Shown piece by piece: positions 56,141-64,000 of a stretch of 64,000 nt of DNA. Under the pieces are notes generated by a model. It made no database searches, was not told where the DNA came from, and saw only the letters and a list, made by a program, of their open reading frames with translations. The first letter of the stretch is position 1; each line of letters opens with the position of its first letter. This stretch comes from an uncultured Gemmatimonadales bacterium (GTDB lineage Bacteria > Gemmatimonadota > Gemmatimonadetes > Longimicrobiales > Gaopeijiaceae). The position numbers and the translations under genes were made by a program. The stretch is taken from NCBI GenBank assembly GCA_963823035.1, contig CAWGKG010000012.1:256001-320000 (forward strand). The letters are read 5' to 3'.

Positions 56141-56526
56141 TCAAACGCGAGAGATCGACAGTCCAAGGCCAGCGACTTGCGTCTCCCATTCCACCCCTGC
56201 CTCAGTGGCGACGAGGTCATTGAAGGACCCTTCGTTGCCCCCACCTTCCACACCTATCGACCACCCGTTACCCGCCGACGGCCCACCCTTCAAGAAGACC
56301 AGAAAGTCACCGCTGCTGTTCACGGCAACCCCCGCCTCCACATTGCCGCCGTATACCCGTGCGGCTGAGGCGCTCACCGCCGTGCTCACGGTCCCGCCTT
56401 CCTTCTCGCAGGTCGGATCTTTCGGATCCGGGCCCCAAAGGGATCACTGAAGTTGATCGGATCCCCGTTCGCATACCCGTAGAGGTTGAGCCCACCCGCG
56501 ATGCCAATGGGGTCTTCCTGGGTGAA
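56141..56526 (-). pseudogene. Orphan RHS core plus C-terminal toxin tip
   Basis: FTQEDPIGIAGGLNLYGYANGDPINFSDPFG, then after a frameshift PDPKDPTCEKEGGTVSTAVSASAARVYGGNVEAGVAVNSSGD...; no RHS body upstream. Confidence 0.75.
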
Positions 56527-56641
56527 AGGACCACCAGCGCCGAATCTGCCCCGGCCGGCGCGCTCAACGCCATCCGACAACACCCCCCACTCATTGCGAC
56601 GCCGAAGAGATCCACAACCTGCTTTCAGCCAGGAGGGTCTC

Positions 56642-57414
56642 ATGAAGCCGAACGAGTGGGAGGGCCTCATCCATCAACACGCCGAATGGCTACAGGCGCG
56701 GGACTACGCCACCACCACGGTGAAGTCGCGAGTGCGCCAACTCAAGCGCTTCCGAAGGTGGTGCGAGTACTTCGCTCCGCGGGAGTTGGAGGACTACTCG
56801 CTGCTCACCCTGGAGGAGTACCGCCTGCACCTTCATCGGCGGCGCAAAGCGAGTGGCGAGCCCCTGGGGTGGGGGTCCAAGGTTCAGATGCTCCTGGCCA
56901 TCCGGGGGTTCTTCAAGTGGCTCACGCTGATGAAGCGGATCCCTTCGAACCCTGCCGCGGACGTAGAACTCCAGCGGCAGCCCGTTCGGCTTCCTCGCGC
57001 GGTCTTGAGCATCGAGGAGGTGGAGCGGGTCCTGGCGCAGCCGGACCTGCGGAGGCGAGAGGGCCTTAGAGACCGCGTCATCCTGGAAACCCTCTCCTCG
57101 ACGGGCATCCGGAGAGCCGAGTGCGCGCACCTGTCCCTGAGTGACCTCGAGCTCGGTCGGGGCATCCTCCTGGTACGCAACGGCAAGGGAGGACGCGATC
57201 GCTACGTCCCCATCGGTGAGCGGGCGTCGCGCTGGATCGAACGGTATCTGCGGGAAGTTCGTCCTCTCCAGGTCCGGAGCCCGGACGACGGGCGGCTGTT
57301 CCGATCTCGACGGCGAAATCCACTGAGCCCCAAGCGTGTAGGCGACCTCACCCACCGGCACGTGGTCCGGGCCGCACTCGGCAAGGTGGGCTCCTGTCAC
57401 TTCTTCAGGCACAG
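56642..57414 (+). pseudogene. XerC/D-like tyrosine recombinase truncated by an IS3 element
   Basis: AGGAGG RBS; N-terminal SAM-like domain, RDRVILETLSSTGIRRAE, GKGGRDRYVP and HFFRH motifs; the C-terminal LGH..Y segment is absent. Confidence 0.88.
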
Positions 57415-57471
57415 TGGAGTTGACCCGGTTTCGTGGAGACCTCACCTCTTGGGAAGAGGAGGGAGACCACG

Positions 57472-57786
57472 ATGCCACGAACGAGACCGCCGTATCCTGA
57501 GGAGTTCCGTCGTCAGATGGTGGAGTTGGTCCGCGTCGGGCGCACGCCGGAGGAGCTGGCCAGGGAGTTCGAGCCGTCAGCGCAGACGATCCGGAACTGG
57601 GCCGTGCAGCTGGACCGGGATGAAGGGCGTCGCACGGACGGCCTGACGACGGAGGAGCGCGGGGAGCTCCGGCGTCTGCGGCGCGAGAACAAGCAGCTGC
57701 GGCTGGAGCGGGAGATCCTAAAGAGAGCCGCAGCCTGGTTCGCCCGGGAGAGCAACTCGATCCCCGATCGGGATTCGAGTTCGTGA
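57472..57786 (+). CDS. IS3 OrfA (HTH transposase part)
   Basis: YPEEFRRQMVEL...ELRRLRRENKQLRLEREILKRAAAWFA. Confidence 0.9.
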   Translation: MPRTRPPYPEEFRRQMVELVRVGRTPEELAREFEPSAQTIRNWAVQLDRDEGRRTDGLTTEERGELRRLRRENKQLRLEREILKRAAAWFARESNSIPDRDSSS

Positions 57787-58395
57787 AGGCGCATCAGGCC
57801 GAGCTCCCCGTCCAGACGATGTGCCGCGTGCTGGGCCTCTCCCCCAGCGGCTACTACGCCTGGCTGAACCGTCCGCCGTCGGAGCGGGCGAGACGGGACG
57901 CGGAGTTGGTGGTGAAGATCAAAGCCGTGTTCGACGGCAACAAGCAGGTCTACGGCCGCCCTCGGATCGCGTGGAGCCGTCGGATCGTCGGTTGGGCCAT
58001 GGCCACACACCTGCGCACCGAGCTCGTGCTCGACGCGCTGAACATGGCCATCTGGCAGCGGCAGCCGAGGCAAGTCATCCTAACACTCGGATCAGGGCAC
58101 GCAATACACCTCTATTGCCTTCGGGCTGCGCTGCAGAGAGGTAGGTGTCCGCCCCTCGATGGGCTCCGTGGGCGACACGTACGACAACGCGATGTGCGAG
58201 AGCTTCTTCGCGACGCTCGAGTGCGAGCTGCTGGATCGGCATCGCTTCACGACGCAGGCCGAAGCACGCATGGCCGTCTTCGACTTCATCGAGGGCTTCT
58301 ACAACCCACGGCGCCGGCACTCTTCGCTCGGCCAGATCTCCCCGATCAACTTCGAGCGGCTCCACGCTCGCCGGGGGGAAGCCGATGCTGCGTGA
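57783..58395 (+). pseudogene. IS3 OrfB DDE integrase with internal deletion and frameshift
   Basis: SGYYAW and YGRPRI are joined directly to AWSRRIVGW, so the first catalytic Asp region is missing; HSDQG..Y, DNAMCESFF and YN..RRHSSLG follow. Confidence 0.85.
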
Positions 58396-58520
58396 CCCCC
58401 TCTGCCTCACCGGCCATCTCGCCCCGCTACCGCGGGGAAGCGTGGCTCTCCAGGGGGTGGGGGGACAGATTGAAAACCCAAGCGTTCACCTGTCCATGAA
58501 ACCGGGACAGCTCCACACCT

Positions 58521-59768
58521 TCATGGTCCCAGCGCTCCAATAGGAATCACAGCAACCCCGTCCGCTCGCGTATATGCGAGCCCGGTCCCGGTGATGACTC
58601 CTAGCCGCTGAGGCGGGCCACACTTCTTCGTGTCGACCCGGCTCGCGAACTGCTTGAGGCTTTCTGCTCCGCCGTCCACCGCCCCACTGCCCAGCTTGAT
58701 TTCGAACGCCGCCCACCGGCCATCCGCCGTTTCGACAACGACATCCACCTCCAACTCCGTGTTGTCTCGGTAGTGCAGGACCTCCGCGTCACACGCCTGG
58801 CCGTAGATGCGCATATCACGAACCACCAATGACTCGAACAAGAAGCCCAGGAGGTTCAGGTCCTGGAGGAGCCGCTCCGGCGTGGCTCGCAACACGGCCA
58901 CGGCCAGGGAGGGATCCACGAAGTGCCGGCGGGGGGACGTCCTGATTCGCGACCTCGACCGCAGGTGGGGTGCCCAAGCTGGCTGATCCTCCACTACCAT
59001 CAGGCGAGTAAGCGCATCGTGGTAGGCACCCACCGTGTTCTTGGCCAGGGCTTCATCAGCTCCACCCACGTCCCGCGCCAGAGTCGCCAGGCTCACCATG
59101 GTGGAGACGTTTCTTGCCAACGAGCGCATCAGGAGAAGCACCTTGGCGGGGTCGTGCGCTACCCCTCCCACACGCTGGATGTCGGTCCTGCGGAGTTCGT
59201 CGACGTAGGCGCGGATGGCTTTCAGTGCTTGGGTTACTGGCTTACCGAGGAGGCCGGGCCACCCGCCCATTGCGACCCGCTCCGCAATATCCTTGACGTT
59301 CATCTCCGTGGCGCCGGCCCGCGGTGGCTGGCCCTCCAGCACTCCAGACAGCGACACCTCTCCCGTGGCGTGCCCGCTTTCGAACAGGGACATGGGACGC
59401 ATGTGCAGCCGGGCGATGCGCCCGGCCCCGGTGTGGCGCGTTACGTCGTCCTGCGGGACCGCTGAGCCAGTCAGGATGAATTGCCCCGTCGCCCGGCGAT
59501 CATCGACCGTACGCCGTACGTAGTTCCAGAGTGCGGGCGCGAGCTGCCACTCGTCGAGGAGGCGGGGTACCGTTCCCTCCAAGACCAGAGACGGATCAAT
59601 GGCGGCGGCTTGCCGGGCGCTAGGGTCCACGTCCAAGCGAACCTCACTCGCGGCGACCTGCCGTGCGGTCTCCGTCTTGCCACAGGCCTTTGGGCCTTCG
59701 ATAACCACGGCGCCAACCGACTTCAGAAGTTCGGTTAGCTCGTGATCAACAATGCGGGGTTGATACAT
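58521..59768 (-). CDS. AAA_14 ATPase + DUF4143 protein, paralog 2
   Basis: GPKACGKT, LLDEWQ, ILTGS, HTGAGRI, GGWP, FVDPSL, FESLV and EVDVV...FEIK motifs. Confidence 0.92.
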   Translation of the reverse strand: MYQPRIVDHELTELLKSVGAVVIEGPKACGKTETARQVAASEVRLDVDPSARQAAAIDPSLVLEGTVPRLLDEWQLAPALWNYVRRTVDDRRATGQFILTGSAVPQDDVTRHTGAGRIARLHMRPMSLFESGHATGEVSLSGVLEGQPPRAGATEMNVKDIAERVAMGGWPGLLGKPVTQALKAIRAYVDELRRTDIQRVGGVAHDPAKVLLLMRSLARNVSTMVSLATLARDVGGADEALAKNTVGAYHDALTRLMVVEDQPAWAPHLRSRSRIRTSPRRHFVDPSLAVAVLRATPERLLQDLNLLGFLFESLVVRDMRIYGQACDAEVLHYRDNTELEVDVVVETADGRWAAFEIKLGSGAVDGGAESLKQFASRVDTKKCGPPQRLGVITGTGLAYTRADGVAVIPIGALGP

Positions 59769-59817
59769 GTCAGCCTCGGGCCGGTCCTTGATACAACTGC
59801 TTGCGAATACTGCGCGT

Positions 59818-59886
59818 CGATTGACCCATTCGCAATGTCAGCGTTGACCCATGTGCAACCAAATCAATGTGCCATCTGCAGTCCGG
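59818..59886. repeat. Three imperfect direct repeats with 23-bp period upstream of ATPase paralog 2
   Basis: TTGACCCATTCGCAA at 59821, TTGACCCATGTGCAA at 59844, ATGTGCCATCTGCAG at 59867. Confidence 0.65.
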
Positions 59887-59947
59887 CGCGCCCCTTTGGA
59901 GCCTCGGGGAGAAACCCATCTCCGGGGCACCCGTGAGGAGTCGGGCT

Positions 59948-60027
59948 TCAGCCTGCTGGATGGCACCGTCGGTGCACCTCCCGAAGGTGGTGGATTGACA
60001 CCCGAGCGTAGATCGCCGTAGGCGCAT
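59948..60027 (-). pseudogene. Possible serine recombinase (resolvase) N-terminal remnant
   Basis: GGAGG RBS, ATG, then after an indel TAIYARVS (catalytic-Ser motif); stop about 20 codons later. Confidence 0.45.
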
Positions 60028-60220
60028 TGCCTCCATGGGTCGAGCCCGTTCGACTCTCCGGGAACGGCGGGCTTACGGCCCGGGAGAGTCTGTGGGGCGT
60101 TGCTGGACCTTCGAGCCCCACCCCAGGGGTCCGCCATTCACCTTCCGCCTCTCGCGGAGGTGCAACCGATAGTACTCCAGGGGTGAGCAGCGAATACACG
60201 GCCCACTACACGTGCGCCGG

Positions 60221-60987
60221 CTACCGTGTCTTCCCTCCGTCCACGGACAGCACCTGCCCCGTGATCCATCCGGCGTGGTCCGACGCGAAGAAGAGCACCG
60301 CGTGGACGATGTCGGCCGGCGTGCCGAGGCGCTTCAGTGCGATGCGGTCCACCAGCGCCGCCTGACCCTCGGGGCCGTACGACTCCCACTGCCGCTCGGT
60401 GCTCGGATTGGAGCGCACGAACCCCGGCGCCACGTTGTTCACCGTGATCCCCCACGGCCCGAGCTCGTGGGCGAGCTGGCGGGTGAGGCCGATCTGACCG
60501 GCCTTCGAGCCGAGGCGTAGGCCTGGATGCCCGTGAGGCTCACGCTCAGCCCCGCGCCTGAGGAGATGTTCACGATCCGCCCCCAACGCGCGGCCTTCAT
60601 GGCGGGGGCCACCGCCTGCGCGCACCAGAAGGCGCCTCCCATGTTCACCGCGACCACGCGGTGCCAGTCGGCCGGCGACACCTCCTCGACCGGGCGTCCG
60701 ACCTGGCCCAGCACGCCCCCGGCGTTGTTGACCAGCACGTCGATGCGTCCGGTCGCGGCCAGCGCCTCAGCCGCCCACGCGTGCACCGCGTCGCGGTTGG
60801 TCACGTCCACCACCGACACCGTGCACGCCTCGCCGACCACGTCCGCGGTCTCGGCCAGCTCCGCGGCCGCCACGTCGCACGCGAACACCCGCGCGCCCCG
60901 GGCCGCGAACGCTCCGGCCATCGCGCGACCGAAGCCGTGCGCGGCGCCCGTGACCATCACCGTGCGTCCTTCGAACGCTACGTTCAC
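60221..60987 (-). CDS. SDR-family oxidoreductase (frameshift near 60510)
   Basis: TGAAHGFG, NNAG, YxxxK region, VNNVAPG and ITGQVLSVDGG motifs. Confidence 0.88.
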
Positions 60988-61688
60988 GACGTCCACCCTC
61001 CCTCGAGCATCTCGCGCGTCTCCTGCACGCCGAGAGCCCAGATCGCCAGCAGCTCCTCGTCCGGGCGCTCGTACCACCCGCCGAACGACCCGTCACCCAG
61101 CCGCTCCCGGAAGGACTCGGGCGACAGCCCCTCGCGCCCGCTCAGGTCGACCGGATCCTTGTGCCCGGTCGGCGGCGTCACCCCCGAAACACGCGTCCAG
61201 GGGAAGCCCTCCATCCAGGACGCGTGCGAGGCCGCCGGGTCGATTCCCTTCACGGCGGCCATGGTCCTGGGGGCCTTCCACCAGTCGTGCCAAAGCAGCT
61301 CGACCCCCGTGTGGCCCGCCGCCCACGCCTCGGCGGCCGGGCGTGCCACCGCGTTCCCGCCGTGGCCGTTCACGACCAGGATCCGGCGGAAGCCGTGTCG
61401 GCGCAGGCTCCCGAGGATCTCCGCGAGGACGCGCTCGTACGTGCCCGGCATGAGCGTGACCGTCCCGGGAAACGCCATGAAGTACGGCGTGAGGCCATAG
61501 GGCACGGCGGGGAAGACGGGCACGCCGAGCGGCTCGGCCGCGTCGATCGCCACCCGCTCGGACAGGATGGCGTCCACCGCGAGGCTCAGGTAGGCGTGCT
61601 GCTCCGTGCTTCCGAGGGGGAGCACGCAGCGGTCGTCGCTCTCGAGGTACTTCTCGACCTGCATCCAGGTCATATCGGCGATGCGCAT
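60984..61688 (-). CDS. Creatininase-family protein
   Basis: PLGSTEQH, NGHGGN and HASWMEGFP motifs. Confidence 0.88.
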   Translation of the reverse strand: MRIADMTWMQVEKYLESDDRCVLPLGSTEQHAYLSLAVDAILSERVAIDAAEPLGVPVFPAVPYGLTPYFMAFPGTVTLMPGTYERVLAEILGSLRRHGFRRILVVNGHGGNAVARPAAEAWAAGHTGVELLWHDWWKAPRTMAAVKGIDPAASHASWMEGFPWTRVSGVTPPTGHKDPVDLSGREGLSPESFRERLGDGSFGGWYERPDEELLAIWALGVQETREMLEGGWTS

Positions 61689-61725
61689 GGGCGCGGCTCT
61701 CTTTCCGTGGCGTTGGTGTCGTCGT

Positions 61726-62823
61726 TCAGACATCCGCGAGCGCGGCGAGCGCCGCCTTCGCGATCTTCTCCTGCGCCGTGGGCAGCGCCGTCTCGCCGCG
61801 GCGCTCCAGCGGAATCCACCGGCGATTCTCGTCGTCGCTCCCTTCTCCCGCCAGCAGCACGGGGCGGTAGCGGGCGTCGAGGTGCGTGAAGCGATGGCGC
61901 ACTTCGGGGAGGGGCCGGGCCGTCGGCGCATCGGTCAGCGCCGCCTCGGCCGCGCGCGCCGCGACGCGCGCGGCCTGGTCCACCGTGGTCCCGGCGGCGA
62001 CCTCGCGCTCCGGGAACGACCACATCCCCCCGAGCAGCCCACCCTCCGGTCGCCGCACCAGCAGCGCCCGCCCGTCCCCGTCGACGACGACGGCCGTCGC
62101 GAACGTCGCGGTCGGCACCTTTCTGCGCTTCGCCCGCGCCGGGCGCTCCTCCTGCGTGCCGGCCCGGCGGGCGGCGCAGGGACGCTCGAGCGGGCACTCC
62201 GTGCAGGCGGGCGCACGCGGCGTGCACACGGTCGCGCCCAGCTCCATGAGCGCCTGGTTCCAATCACCCGGGCGCTTCGGGTGCACCAGGGCCGCCGCGA
62301 CCTCGCGGAGCCAGCCGGCGGTGGGGCGCGCGCGATCGAACAGCCGCGCGAGCACCCGCCGGACGTTGCCGTCCACGGCCGGCACGGCTTCGCCGAAAGC
62401 GATGCTGCCAATCGCGCCCGCAGTGTATTCGCCGACGCCGGGCAGGGCTCGAAGGGCCTCGTAGGAGGCGGGAAGACGGCCCTCGTGCCGCTCCCGCACC
62501 ACGCGGGCTCCCTCGTGCAGGCGGGCCGCCCTCCGGTAGTAGCCGAGACCCTGCCAGGCGAGGAGCACCTCGTCGCGCGAGGCCGCGGCCAGCGCCTCGA
62601 CGTTCGGGAACAGCTCGATCCAGCGCCTGTAGTACGGGATTACCGTGTCCACCCGGGTCTGCTGGAGCATCACCTCCGAGACCCAGATGCGATACGGATC
62701 GGTCTCACCACGCCAGGGCAGATCACGGCGGTCCCGGTCGTAGTGACCGAGCAGTTTCTCGCGCAGGGTCTCCACGGCGCCGGGGAGTACGGCAGGCGGG
62801 TCCGGTGCTCCGGGTCGACTCAT
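61726..62823 (-). CDS. mutY: A/G-specific adenine glycosylase
   Basis: WVSEVMLQQT, WQGLGYY, LPGVGEYTA, VDGNV, Fe-S motif CTPRAPACTECPL, HRFTH. Confidence 0.93.
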   Translation of the reverse strand: MSRPGAPDPPAVLPGAVETLREKLLGHYDRDRRDLPWRGETDPYRIWVSEVMLQQTRVDTVIPYYRRWIELFPNVEALAAASRDEVLLAWQGLGYYRRAARLHEGARVVRERHEGRLPASYEALRALPGVGEYTAGAIGSIAFGEAVPAVDGNVRRVLARLFDRARPTAGWLREVAAALVHPKRPGDWNQALMELGATVCTPRAPACTECPLERPCAARRAGTQEERPARAKRRKVPTATFATAVVVDGDGRALLVRRPEGGLLGGMWSFPEREVAAGTTVDQAARVAARAAEAALTDAPTARPLPEVRHRFTHLDARYRPVLLAGEGSDDENRRWIPLERRGETALPTAQEKIAKAALAALADV

Positions 62824-62860
62824 GGCGCCAAGGTATCCCGCGAAACTGGGGTTTCGCTCC

Positions 62861-64000
<1,140 letters not shown>

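Larger units (their letters stand above)
57415..58515 (+). mobile_element. IS3-family insertion sequence with internal deletion
   Basis: IRL TGGAGTTGACCCGGTTTCGTGGA and IRR (reverse complement) TGGAGCTGTCCCGGTTTCATGGA; contains orfA and orfB; no target duplication seen. Confidence 0.9.

Noticed and set aside
55600..56600. Classical integron attC sites near the recombinase
   Set aside because: No RYYYAAC...GTTRRRY hairpins seen, and the recombinase lacks an obvious IntI-specific insertion before HxxR.
56486..57646. 386-aa intact integrase
   Set aside because: The true start is 56642, and the tail after HFFRHS is read-through into IS3 with no catalytic Tyr region.
60100..60150. TTCGAGCCCC...TCCGCCA resembling the 3' end of tRNA-Sec/Ser at the island border
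   Set aside because: No proper T-stem or acceptor pairing, and no matching copy at the other island end.

Overview
High-GC bacterial chromosomal window. Gene content (ADOP-type ABC permeases with PadR, YpdA, Lon, SirB1-like, ChlI-like ATPase and VWA) suggests Gemmatimonadota, but that is inference. Many housekeeping genes carry 1-nt indels, most likely long-read assembly errors. Positions 1-53,000 and 60,200-64,000 are mostly core or metabolic genes. Notable there are a selenocysteine-encoding selD with a clear SECIS hairpin, a luxE-luxC pair without luciferase, gdhA next to a receiver/PEP-synthase-N hybrid, lon, ggt and mutY. A more AT-rich accessory island at about 53,020-60,200 holds a RelE-type TA pair, two paralogous AAA_14/DUF4143 ATPase-nucleases, three RHS-core fragments (one with a toxin tip and putative immunity gene), an IS21 remnant, a divergently transcribed tyrosine recombinase cut by an IS3 element, and a possible resolvase remnant. 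Both ATPase genes are preceded by related 23-bp-period triple repeats. The recombinase/RHS-tip array and the ATPase repeat arrays are the best candidates for an undescribed system.
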